Assembly: GCA_017536325.1 (NCBI GenBank)
Contig: JAFXHQ010000071.1
Coordinates: 573 to 64,572 of the forward strand
DNA: 64,000 bases
Direction: 5' to 3'
Origin: Bacteroidaceae bacterium
Lineage (GTDB): Bacteria > Bacteroidota > Bacteroidia > Bacteroidales > Bacteroidaceae
Below the pieces are notes generated by a model. It ran no database searches. It saw nothing but the letters and a program-made list of their open reading frames with translations, and was not told where the DNA came from. This document shows positions 27,437-36,463 of the stretch, one piece after another; the first letter of the stretch is position 1; each line of letters opens with the position of its first letter. Position numbers and translations under genes: made by a program.

Positions 27437-30400
27437 TTATACCCATCCTCTTTTCACAACCCAACGATAAACTATAGGGATTATATATATATTCAGCAAG
27501 GTAGAGGAGAGAAGGCCGCCGAGCACTACTACCGCCATTGGACTCTGGATTTCGTTACCCGATGCCGAACCGTTTATAATCATAGGCACAAGTGCCAATG
27601 CAGATGTGAATGCAGTCATTAGGATTGGAGTAAGACGATCGGCAGAACCTATGACAACAGCCTCGTCGAGCGGAACACCATCCTGACGCAAATGCCGGTA
27701 ACGTGATACAAGCAGAATTCCGTTACGTGTAGCTATACCGAAGAGTGTTATAAGACCTATTATTGCAGGAATGCTCATCACTCCCGATGTAAAATAGGTT
27801 GCCAATATGCCGCCTATGAGTGCAAGCGGAAGGTTTAGCAGAACTACAGCCGACAACAGCGCACTCTTGAACTCACTGTACAACAGCACAAACACCACAA
27901 GTATTGCAACCAACGTTGTAAGCCACAGAGTACGCGATGCCGATTCGGCACTCTCGAACTGACCGCCAAACTCGAGCCTGTACCCCTCTCCGAGCTCAAG
28001 CTCCTTATCAAGATAGCTTGCCACACGCTCAACAGTTCCCGCAACATCGCTGCTTGCTATGTTTGCCGACACGACGACTTTACGTTGCACATTCTCACGG
28101 CTAATGCTTCCCGGGCCGCCAACAGAGACAATCCGGGCGACATCCTCAAGAGGTACTTTTCCATTGGGAGTATCTATCAACGCACGTTTCACCCCCTCGA
28201 TACTCTCGGTGTAATCCTTGTTGAGACGGATTATAAGGTCGAAGCTACGTTCCGCCTCATATACACTGCCAACCTTCTTTCCCGGGAAAGAGGCCTCGAC
28301 AAAGGCATTGAATCCCTCCATCGTTATACCGAAGTAGGCAAGCTTTTCACGGTCTGCCCTGATCTGTATCTGTGGCGTTTCGACCTGCTGTTCTACATTC
28401 ACATCGACAACCTCGGGGAATGCCTTCAGCAACTCCTCAATCTCCTTTCCTTTACGGAAAAGCGTGGACAATGTATCACCGAATATCTTAATAGCCAAGT
28501 CGGCCTGCGTTCCCGACACCATATGGTCGATACGGTGTTCCAGAGGCTGACCTACAGATGTTACCACACCGGGTATGGTTGCAAGGCGAGCACGCACTTC
28601 GGCCAGGAATTCCTGCTTGCTGCGCTCACCCAAAACAAAGTTCACATCTATTTCGGCCCCGTTTGAGGTCTGCGAATGCTCATCGAGCTCGCCACGGCCG
28701 GTCCTGCGAGCAGTGCTTGTAACCTCGGGTATAAGCAGGAGCTCTTTCTCGATGGCTGCACCAATCTTGTTGCTTTCTTCAAGCGACACTCCCGGACGCG
28801 AAACGGCAGCAATGGTAAGTGCCTTTTCGTTGAACTCGGGAAGGAAACTGCGACCCATATTGCCGAAAAGGAATAACGAGGATATGAAGAGCAGAAGAAG
28901 TGCACACACAAAGAACTTGCCATATTTCATCACCCACGAAAGCGATGTGCTGTAACCTGTAAGCAACGAGCGGTCAACCCAGTTCTTCTTTTCGGCACGA
29001 GTGAGAAACTTATCGCCGGAAAGAAGCATCTTGCAAAGCAAAGGTGTAACGGTCATCGCCACAAGAAGCGACATCAACAAGGCTATGAGGTATGCTATTC
29101 CGAGCGGTTTGAGCATACGCCCCTCAAGACCGCTCAGGAAGAAGAGAGGCATGAATGTAACCATTATGATCAAGGTGGCATGTATTATGGATGCCCTTAT
29201 CTCGGACGAGGCATCGAACACTATGTTGAATGTACTCTTACGCTCCTCTTTTGGCAGCCTGTGGTTCTCACGCAGACGCTTATACACATTCTCCACATCG
29301 ATTATGGCATCATCTACCAATGAGCCTATGGCAATGCACATACCGCCCAAGGTCATGGTGTTTATATCCATTCCCATTAGGTAGAGAACAATAATGGTAC
29401 CCAAAAGCGAGAGAGGTATTGCAAGCAACGATATCAGAGTGGAACGCAAGCTGGTGAGGAAGAGAAGCAATACCAGCACTACACAGATTGCACCCTCGAG
29501 AAGCGAACTGCCAACATTGTTCACCGAAGCCTGTATATAGTCGGCCTGTCGGAAAATCTTTGTGTCGAGTTTCACATCGGACGGCAACGATTTTGCAATA
29601 TCCTTTAGGTTACGTTCGATATTGTCTGTAACCTCTAATGTATTGATACCCGGTTGCTTTGAGATTGAGAGTATTACAGATGGCTCACCGTTCTGAGCAG
29701 CATATCCCTGCTTCACAGCCGGAGCCACAACAACATCGGCAACGTCGGCAACGCGCACCTTCGTATTACCGTCGGCCTTCACCAAAGTGCTGCCCAACTG
29801 CTCAACATCGTTGCTGCGACCAATGCCACGGAGATTATATTCATTACCATAGTCGCGCACAACACCTGCACCGATATTCACGCTCATGGCGGTTACCGCA
29901 CTCTCCAGTTCTGCCATTGTAACACCGAACATCTCCATCTTCACAGGGTCGGCAAGAACCTGATACTGCTTGTAGTCACCGCCTATGATTGTCACATTGG
30001 ATACACCACCTGTTGCAAGTACAGCCGGTTTGACCACCCACTCGGCTAAAGTACGCAACTCCATCATTGATGTACTGTCGGCCTGCATACCAACGAACAT
30101 AATCTCACCCATCACACTCGACTGGGGAGCAAGCATAGGTACAACACCGTCGGGCATCTGACCTGACAGATGTCCCAACTTCTCACTAATTATCTGGCGC
30201 GCACGATAGATATCCATGCCCCAGTCGAACTCCACCCACACGAAAGAGAATCCCTGCGACGACGAAGAACGTACACGACGCACATTCGTAGCACCGTTCA
30301 CAGCTGTCTCAATAGGGAAGGTCACAAGACGTTCCACCTCTTCGGGAGCCATATTGTCAGCATCTGTAAGCACGACAACCGTAGGCATTGTAAGGTCGGG

Positions 30401-30517
30401 GAACACATCCACCTCGATATTCTTGGCTGAATGGATACCTCCTATTGTAACCAACACGACTGCAAGCAATATAAACAGCCTGTTGTTCAACGAAAACTTT
30501 ATTATCCTGTTAAGCAT
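27437..30517 (-). CDS. czcA: CusA/CzcA-family heavy-metal efflux RND transporter
   Basis: 1026 aa, 12-TM RND architecture. N-terminus MLNRIIKFSLNNRLFILLAVVLVTIGG; VDDAIIDVENV motif. Confidence 0.9.
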   Translation of the reverse strand: MLNRIIKFSLNNRLFILLAVVLVTIGGIHSAKNIEVDVFPDLTMPTVVVLTDADNMAPEEVERLVTFPIETAVNGATNVRRVRSSSSQGFSFVWVEFDWGMDIYRARQIISEKLGHLSGQMPDGVVPMLAPQSSVMGEIMFVGMQADSTSMMELRTLAEWVVKPAVLATGGVSNVTIIGGDYKQYQVLADPVKMEMFGVTMAELESAVTAMSVNIGAGVVRDYGNEYNLRGIGRSNDVEQLGSTLVKADGNTKVRVADVADVVVAPAVKQGYAAQNGEPSVILSISKQPGINTLEVTDNIERNLKDIAKSLPSDVKLDTKIFRQADYIQASVNNVGSSLLEGAICVVLVLLLFLTSLRSTLISLLAIPLSLLGTIIVLYLMGMDINTMTLGGMCIAIGSLVDDAIIDVENVYKRLRENHRLPKEERKSTFNIVFDASSEIRASIIHATLIIMVTFMPLFFLSGLEGRMLKPLGIAYLIALLMSLLVAMTVTPLLCKMLLSGDKFLTRAEKKNWVDRSLLTGYSTSLSWVMKYGKFFVCALLLLFISSLFLFGNMGRSFLPEFNEKALTIAAVSRPGVSLEESNKIGAAIEKELLLIPEVTSTARRTGRGELDEHSQTSNGAEIDVNFVLGERSKQEFLAEVRARLATIPGVVTSVGQPLEHRIDHMVSGTQADLAIKIFGDTLSTLFRKGKEIEELLKAFPEVVDVNVEQQVETPQIQIRADREKLAYFGITMEGFNAFVEASFPGKKVGSVYEAERSFDLIIRLNKDYTESIEGVKRALIDTPNGKVPLEDVARIVSVGGPGSISRENVQRKVVVSANIASSDVAGTVERVASYLDKELELGEGYRLEFGGQFESAESASRTLWLTTLVAILVVFVLLYSEFKSALLSAVVLLNLPLALIGGILATYFTSGVMSIPAIIGLITLFGIATRNGILLVSRYRHLRQDGVPLDEAVVIGSADRLTPILMTAFTSALALVPMIINGSASGNEIQSPMAVVVLGGLLSSTLLNIYIIPIVYRWVVKRGWV

Positions 30518-30529
30518 AGCTCTCTCAAA

Positions 30530-32161
30530 TTAATGTACATGACCTGCGTGCGGGTCGAGTGCAGCTGCACCCTGCGAGAGTTTCAAGGATATCGCTCCCT
30601 TTGTCACCACACGCTCTCCTGCCTTCACACCGCTTACGATTTTAACACGATAACCGTCTGTTTCACCAACCTCAACACTACGCTTCTCGAACGATACCGG
30701 GCTATTCTGCACAAAGACGAAGAAGCTGCCCATCTCCTCGACAATGGCTGTACGCGGGAGAGTGACACCGGGGCTCTTCTCGTCGGCAGAGTTGATATAA
30801 AGAGTTACCACACTGCCGGGAACAACACCTTCCAGTTCGCCTACCGTCACCGTAAATGGCAACATGTTGCAGTTGTTTACCGAACTGCCTACAACCGACA
30901 CGCGACCGCCGTTCTCCTCTACATTGACAACATTGCCAGAAGGCAGTTCTATGTTTACAGACTCTATTGACGACAGCTGTGCTGCGTAACGCACCGGCAA
31001 TTCTGCCGATATATTAACATCGCCATTACGCTGTACCTTGGCAAGTGGAGTTCCCGGCTCTACATAGTCACCGTTGGAAACAAGGAGCTCCGACACGTAG
31101 CCGCCGATTGTCGAGCAGAGAGTCACCTTGCCATTACCGAAATGGCGTTTCATGCTATTGAAACGGGCTTCGGCCTGCTTGTATGCTGCCTCGGCAGCCT
31201 GATAATCACGCTCCGACACAATCTTGTCGATAAAAAGGAGCTTTTTTCTTTCAAAATCGGCTTTCGCAAGCTCATAGTTGCTCTCGGCCTCAGCAAACTT
31301 CACCGCAGCATCATTGTCAGTTACATCACCGCCTTCGAGGTAGAACACAGCTTCGCCGGCAGCTACATTCTTGCCTACTACAAGATTCCCGGCAAACTGT
31401 ACCTTGCCGCTTGTTGTAGCAACAATGGTAGTGAAGTTCGACGGTACAGCCTCGACCTTTGCCGCAACCTTCACAGCACCTGCAAAAGATTCCTCTGCAG
31501 CTATATCTGTTGCAAAATCTATCTTCCAACTCTGCTCTTTGCTCAATGGGATATCACCTGGTTTGCCTTCTGTTACGATACCGTGGCCTGAATGGTCGTG
31601 AACATGAACTTCGCTGTGGTTATGGTCTTCACCAGAATGCTCATGAGCGTGAGCATCGCCATGATTATGGTCATGGCCTGAATGACCGTGTGCGTGAGCC
31701 TCGCCATGGTTATGCTCATCACTTGAATGTTCATGGGTATGGGCCTCATCATTATTGTGACCGCAATGCACCTCAATATGGAAATGAGCCGAATTGCCGC
31801 CGACCTCGAACCCAAGGTGCCCCTCGCCTGCAACATCGGGAATAAAATCGAAATGGAAGATACCTTTATCGTGTGTCTCAACCTGCATCTTCTGCTCCTT
31901 GTCACCAACCTTCAATATTGCAGTGGCAACATTGGAGCCAACCGGTTTGAAATTCTCCAAATCTGTTACATAAAGCGTTATGCACGATTTTTCACCGACA
32001 ACAAGCCCCTCGTGCTGCATGAAGAATTCCATATGTGGAGTATATGCAGTAAACGCATGTACATGTGAATGTTCGTGAGCAGCCTCCTCACTATGCTCAT
32101 GGCTATGTCCGCCACAGCTTAATACAGCAAATGCCATTGCTGCAAAAAATATTTTCTTCAT
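30530..32161 (-). CDS. czcB: efflux RND periplasmic adaptor (CzcB/CusB-like) with His-rich N-terminal extension, predicted lipoprotein
   Basis: Lipobox AVLSCGG. HSHEHSEEAAHEHSHVH and about 3.7 repeats of a 15-aa unit (EAHAHGHSGHDHNHG). The C-terminal half is a standard membrane-fusion-protein fold, directly upstream of czcA. Confidence 0.85.
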   Translation of the reverse strand: MKKIFFAAMAFAVLSCGGHSHEHSEEAAHEHSHVHAFTAYTPHMEFFMQHEGLVVGEKSCITLYVTDLENFKPVGSNVATAILKVGDKEQKMQVETHDKGIFHFDFIPDVAGEGHLGFEVGGNSAHFHIEVHCGHNNDEAHTHEHSSDEHNHGEAHAHGHSGHDHNHGDAHAHEHSGEDHNHSEVHVHDHSGHGIVTEGKPGDIPLSKEQSWKIDFATDIAAEESFAGAVKVAAKVEAVPSNFTTIVATTSGKVQFAGNLVVGKNVAAGEAVFYLEGGDVTDNDAAVKFAEAESNYELAKADFERKKLLFIDKIVSERDYQAAEAAYKQAEARFNSMKRHFGNGKVTLCSTIGGYVSELLVSNGDYVEPGTPLAKVQRNGDVNISAELPVRYAAQLSSIESVNIELPSGNVVNVEENGGRVSVVGSSVNNCNMLPFTVTVGELEGVVPGSVVTLYINSADEKSPGVTLPRTAIVEEMGSFFVFVQNSPVSFEKRSVEVGETDGYRVKIVSGVKAGERVVTKGAISLKLSQGAAALDPHAGHVH

Positions 32162-32243
32162 AGTAAAATTAAATTGAGTTCAATAATCTGAATCGGACCG
32201 CATATATACAGTCCACTGTTATACAATCCTTTAGCGATAGGGA

Positions 32244-32672
32244 TTATACAACAGGAGGTGCACGAAGAGGTGAGAATGTGACTCCTCGGTCGGGAATTTT
32301 CAGTATATAGAAACTGCCGCCGAGTGATGCATTTCCCGGTTGTGGAGCAAGAACAAACTGTGGAACAGCAATACACACCAGGGGCTGCACAAAACTCTTC
32401 TTGCCCAGTTCCGGACCCTTGTCGTTCAAGCGGCTATAATATTCCGTATCGTCGCAACACTGCTCCCTTTCATGGTCATGGGTATGGGTATCACTACAGT
32501 GAGAATGTTCACAATCGTCGCAATGACCATATCCGAAGTGGGTGACCGCCACCACTTCACCCGACGACAAGGTTGCACAACCGTGGTGATGAGGCATAGA
32601 ACGTACTCCCACAAGCAATATAACCGCAGTGAGTACAAATAAAAAGGATATTCTACGCTTCGGTCCTTCCAT
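32244..32672 (-). CDS. small membrane-anchored His/Cys-rich protein, possibly DUF6660-like
   Basis: One N-terminal TM helix, then HHHGC ... HFGYGHCDDCEHSHCSDTHTHDHEREQCCDD, ending in LRAPPVV. Lies 82 nt upstream of czcB. ATG at 32672. The family assignment is from memory only. Confidence 0.55.
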   Translation of the reverse strand: MEGPKRRISFLFVLTAVILLVGVRSMPHHHGCATLSSGEVVAVTHFGYGHCDDCEHSHCSDTHTHDHEREQCCDDTEYYSRLNDKGPELGKKSFVQPLVCIAVPQFVLAPQPGNASLGGSFYILKIPDRGVTFSPLRAPPVV

Positions 32673-32680
32673 AAACAAAG

Positions 32681-33610
32681 TTATTTTGTTTGCCTGTAGC
32701 TGGCCGCCCAGAACTTATCGATATGATTTTCTATAAGAGTACATGTGTGCGCGCTGAAGTCAAGACCGCATTCCATGGCTGCATTCCACTGCTCCGGTGT
32801 CATTTGCGGCAATGTATCACGTGTTATACCTTCACGCAAAAGACCATAAAGCACTCCTGCATTGAAATTGTCACCTGCACCCACGGTACTCACTACATTT
32901 ACCTTGTGCACATCGAACGATGATACATTTCCCGGAGTGAATAGCCTTACACCGTTACCGCCACTGGTAAAGATAAAGTTAGGGCAATAGAACTTGATTT
33001 TCTCCTTATATATCTTTTCGGCATCGGTAATATCGTAAAGATGCGTGAAATCATCGGCAGAGCCACGTACAATATCGGCAAACTCAAGATTCTCGATAAG
33101 TGATTCTGCCAACTTGATACGTTCGGCAACATGATTCTTCCTGAAGTTGATGTCATAGAAGAGCAATGCGCCCTGCTCGTGGGCATACTCCAGAAAGGCC
33201 TTAGTCTTTGAACGCAGAACTGGGTTAAGCACAAAGTAGGAGCCATAGAGGACTATATCACCTGGGTATATTACGGGAAATTCAACCTCGAGACGGTTAT
33301 TCGGGTAATCCTTGTAGAACAGATAGTCGGCGTCGTTATTTTCATCGAGGAAGGCAAGAGAAAGCGGTGACTTTCCATCGTTGAAGCAACATACCGACGA
33401 TGCATCCACGCCACTCTCCTTCAGATAAGCAAGAATGAGCTTTCCTACACGGTCGTTGCCTACCTCACTTATAAAAGATGTATCGACCCCCATCCTGCCA
33501 AGGGATATTATGCTGTTATATACAGAGCCACCAGGAACAGCCTTTACTGGCTGGTCATTCTTGAACAGAATATCGAGGATCGTTTCACCTATACCTATTA
33601 CTCTCGCCAT
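32681..33610 (-). CDS. PfkB-family carbohydrate kinase (fructokinase-like)
   Basis: IGETILDI N-terminus, PGGSVYN, and the C-terminal VSTVGAGDNFNAG ATP-binding motif. Confidence 0.85.
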   Translation of the reverse strand: MARVIGIGETILDILFKNDQPVKAVPGGSVYNSIISLGRMGVDTSFISEVGNDRVGKLILAYLKESGVDASSVCCFNDGKSPLSLAFLDENNDADYLFYKDYPNNRLEVEFPVIYPGDIVLYGSYFVLNPVLRSKTKAFLEYAHEQGALLFYDINFRKNHVAERIKLAESLIENLEFADIVRGSADDFTHLYDITDAEKIYKEKIKFYCPNFIFTSGGNGVRLFTPGNVSSFDVHKVNVVSTVGAGDNFNAGVLYGLLREGITRDTLPQMTPEQWNAAMECGLDFSAHTCTLIENHIDKFWAASYRQTK

Positions 33611-33611
33611 A

Positions 33612-34154
33612 TCATACCTCCATTATAAATTCGTTCAACTCTTCAATATTGCCTGCCACAGCCAATATGCTGTCAAGGTCGCAACGTACGAAACCACCTC
33701 TGGCCATCTCTTCAAGGAGCGACAACAAGCCGTTCCAGAAGCCGTTTACATTATACAGTACCACACGTTTCTTATGGTAGCCAATAGTAGCCGCTGCCAT
33801 AACGTGGAATATCTCGTCGAGAGTGCCCACACCGCCAGGCAATGCAACAAGGATATCACTCCGCTGAAGCATTATATCCTTACGCTCACTCAAATTATTG
33901 CAAGGAACCTTCTCATCGGGCAGAAGGCTCACCCTTCCACGCTCCTCAAGAATATGGGGGACTACACCCACTACACGGGCACCTGCAGCTTTGGCGGCTT
34001 TAGCGGTCGCCTCCATAAGGCCGAAACGGGCTCCGCCATAGACCAATGTCGCACCCATACGGCCCAACATGGCACCCACCTCGGCAGCAGCCGAGACATA
34101 AATGGAATCTATGCTTTCCGAAGCGGCACAAAAGAGAGCTACACTCTTCATCAT
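33612..34154 (-). CDS. LOG-family (TIGR00730) Rossmann-fold nucleotide-binding protein
   Basis: VYGGARFGLMEA and LPGGVGTLDEIFH motifs. Confidence 0.85.
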   Translation of the reverse strand: MMKSVALFCAASESIDSIYVSAAAEVGAMLGRMGATLVYGGARFGLMEATAKAAKAAGARVVGVVPHILEERGRVSLLPDEKVPCNNLSERKDIMLQRSDILVALPGGVGTLDEIFHVMAAATIGYHKKRVVLYNVNGFWNGLLSLLEEMARGGFVRCDLDSILAVAGNIEELNEFIMEV

Positions 34155-35996
34155 TTACAACGATTGCATATCATTGAGACGCTTATAAACTCCGTTCAGC
34201 TTTATAAGTTCGTCGTGCTTTCCACGTTCTACTATCTCGCCGTCACGCAACACGCAAATCTCATCGGCATTCTTGATTGTAGAGAGACGGTGTGCAATGG
34301 CAATTGTTGTACGTGTCTTCATAAGACGTTCGAGAGCCTCCTGAACAAGACGCTCGCTTTCGGTATCAAGAGCCGATGTAGCCTCATCAAGGATAAGTAT
34401 AGGAGGGTTCTTGAGTATTGCACGCGCAATGCTTATACGTTGACGCTGACCGCCCGACAGACGGCAACCACGGTCACCCACGTTGGTGTCGTAGCCATCC
34501 TCTGTCTCCATAATGAAGTCATGTGCATTGGCAATCTTGGCAGCTTCTATCACCTGTTCCATTGTGGCATTCTCCACACCGAAAGTAATGTTGTTGTAGA
34601 AACTGTCGTTGAAAAGGATTGCCTCCTGGTTCACATTACCGATGAGAGCACGCAACGATTTCACCTTCATATCCTTGACATTGACACCATCGATACAAAT
34701 CTCTCCTTGCTGTACATCATAGTACCGGGGGATAAGGTCAACCATTGTGGACTTACCGCTACCCGACTGACCGACAAGAGCTACAGTTTTTCCCTTCTCT
34801 ATCTTGAGGTTTATATTCTTGAGCACATTGCGCTCGCCGTCATATGAGAATGTAAGATTCCTGTACTCTATACCCTCTTTCATATCGGGTATCTCAATGC
34901 CTTTCTCGCCATCCACTATAGGATTCTCGGCATTGAGTATGGCATCTATTCGTTCCATTGATGCAAGACCGCGCGGAATGTTGTACGAAGCCTTGGACAG
35001 CTCCTTCAGCGGGTTTATTATGCTATAAAGTATTGTGAGGTAATAGATGAATGCCGGTGCAGAGATTGGAGAATCGTCACCCAATATGAGTGTTCCGCCG
35101 AACCAAAGTACAATAACGATTACACAGGTACCCAGGAATTCACTCATTGGGTGAGCCAATGCCTGACGCATGGTAACCTTCATTGTAGCCTGACGCAGTT
35201 CGTTGCTGCACTTGAGGAAACGGCCGGACATCTTCTTCTCGGCCAGGAATGCCTTTACGATACGCAAGCCCCCAAGTGTCTCTTCCATCTGCGATGTTGT
35301 CTCGCCCAATTTCTGCTGGGCAACGAGCGACTTTGCCTTGAGCTTACGGCCCACTCTACCCATTATCCATCCGAGCACAGGAATCACGCATATGGTAAAC
35401 AGCGTCAACTCCCAACTCACATAGAGCAATGTCCCGAAGTATATTACAATGAATATCGGATTCTTGATGAGCATATCCAGTGATGTGACAATCGAATTCT
35501 CGACCTCGCTCACATCACCGGTCATACGAGCTATAATATCTCCCTTGCGTTCATTGGAGAAGAAGCCTATGGGCAGGCTCACGACTTTGTCGTACAATCT
35601 TGTACGCATATCCCTGACGATACCCGTACGCAAAGGGATTATCGAGGCAGAAGATGCAAAGTAGGCCGCCGTCTTCAACAGTGTCATAAAGACAAGGAAG
35701 AATCCCAGCAACAGCAACATGAGCGAAGCACCGTGTTCGGCTGTAAAGTCGTTGATGTAATAGGTTGCGTTGTTTACTATGACATCCTTTGCATTGCCGG
35801 CACTGAGCTCACTCCAGGGGATGAACTCAACCGCCGATGTGTCACTTATCTTGAACAGAATCTGCAGGATTGGTATTATCACCATGAACGAGAAGACATT
35901 CAGTATCGCCGACAACAATGTGAAGAAGAGCGACATGAACAGATACTTCTTGTATGGCGGAACAAAGCGTTTGAGAACCTTGAAGAACTCTTTCAT
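34155..35996 (-). CDS. ABC transporter permease/ATP-binding fusion (MsbA-like exporter)
   Basis: Six-TM N-terminal half. Walker A GQSGSGKST, signature LSGGQRQR, Walker B ILILDEATS. Confidence 0.9.
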   Translation of the reverse strand: MKEFFKVLKRFVPPYKKYLFMSLFFTLLSAILNVFSFMVIIPILQILFKISDTSAVEFIPWSELSAGNAKDVIVNNATYYINDFTAEHGASLMLLLLGFFLVFMTLLKTAAYFASSASIIPLRTGIVRDMRTRLYDKVVSLPIGFFSNERKGDIIARMTGDVSEVENSIVTSLDMLIKNPIFIVIYFGTLLYVSWELTLFTICVIPVLGWIMGRVGRKLKAKSLVAQQKLGETTSQMEETLGGLRIVKAFLAEKKMSGRFLKCSNELRQATMKVTMRQALAHPMSEFLGTCVIVIVLWFGGTLILGDDSPISAPAFIYYLTILYSIINPLKELSKASYNIPRGLASMERIDAILNAENPIVDGEKGIEIPDMKEGIEYRNLTFSYDGERNVLKNINLKIEKGKTVALVGQSGSGKSTMVDLIPRYYDVQQGEICIDGVNVKDMKVKSLRALIGNVNQEAILFNDSFYNNITFGVENATMEQVIEAAKIANAHDFIMETEDGYDTNVGDRGCRLSGGQRQRISIARAILKNPPILILDEATSALDTESERLVQEALERLMKTRTTIAIAHRLSTIKNADEICVLRDGEIVERGKHDELIKLNGVYKRLNDMQSL

Positions 35997-36054
35997 ACGG
36001 CCTATTATTTATTAAATTATTATTGACAGAGTAAATTATATTATAATAACTCCG

Positions 36055-36062
36055 CAAAGTTA
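36055..36062 (-). promoter_or_regulatory. candidate -7 promoter box (TAACTTTG) for the ABC exporter operon
   Basis: The minus strand reads TAACTTTG, 59 nt upstream of the ATG at 35996. Confidence 0.4.
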
Positions 36063-36222
36063 CGCATTTTTTGGCATACTACAGCACGCTTTGCTTTTTT
36101 TTAGGAAACGGGCTGAAAGCAAAGAATTAAAACAGCGGGACTGTTTATTTTAAAGAGCTTATTCAAAAACATGAGCTATATAAAAAATATGGCCAAAATT
36201 TATGTAGCTTGAACAAATTCAA

Positions 36223-36230
36223 TATCTTTG
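36223..36230 (+). promoter_or_regulatory. candidate -7 promoter box (TATCTTTG) for the cotH leader
   Basis: Exact TAnnTTTG match, about 235 nt upstream of the cotH ATG. It implies a long leader. Confidence 0.4.
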
Positions 36231-36275
36231 CATTGTCCTACGGGACATAATAATTTCAAAAGCGGTGCCTCAATT

Positions 36276-36461
36276 CTTGTAAAATCGCCAAATTAAAACA
36301 TTGAATATACGAGGTACGGAGCAGTTCACACTTGTGGGCTGCCTTTCCGTGCGTATATTCAGGTGTTTGGCGATACCTACAAGGATGCAAGGAGGGTAGC
36401 CTACTTTTTTATGGATACTCTCCGCAAACTGCCCAACGGAGAACCTTGTAAAAAATCGCCA
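36276..36461 (+). promoter_or_regulatory. structured 5' leader with alternative pairings upstream of cotH
   Basis: Direct repeats CTTGTAAAATCGCCA (36276-36290) and CCTTGTAAAAAATCGCCA (36444-36461) are both complementary to TGGCGATACCTACAAGG (36368-36384). Nested stems: ATCGCCAAA/TTTGGCGAT and GAATATACG/CGTATATTC. Confidence 0.4.
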
Positions 36462-36463
36462 CT

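Noticed and set aside
33435-34847. 470-aa plus-strand ORF across the PfkB kinase, LOG and ABC genes
   Set aside because: It is antisense to three well-supported genes with clear motifs, and its product has no recognisable features. This is a shadow ORF.
36060-36170. Hairpins (GCTTTGC...GCAAAG, AAACAG-cggga-CTGTTT followed by ATTTT) as a separate small RNA upstream of the cotH leader
   Set aside because: They lie in the divergent promoter region of the ABC exporter, the stems are short, and I found no dedicated promoter. I cannot distinguish this from chance.
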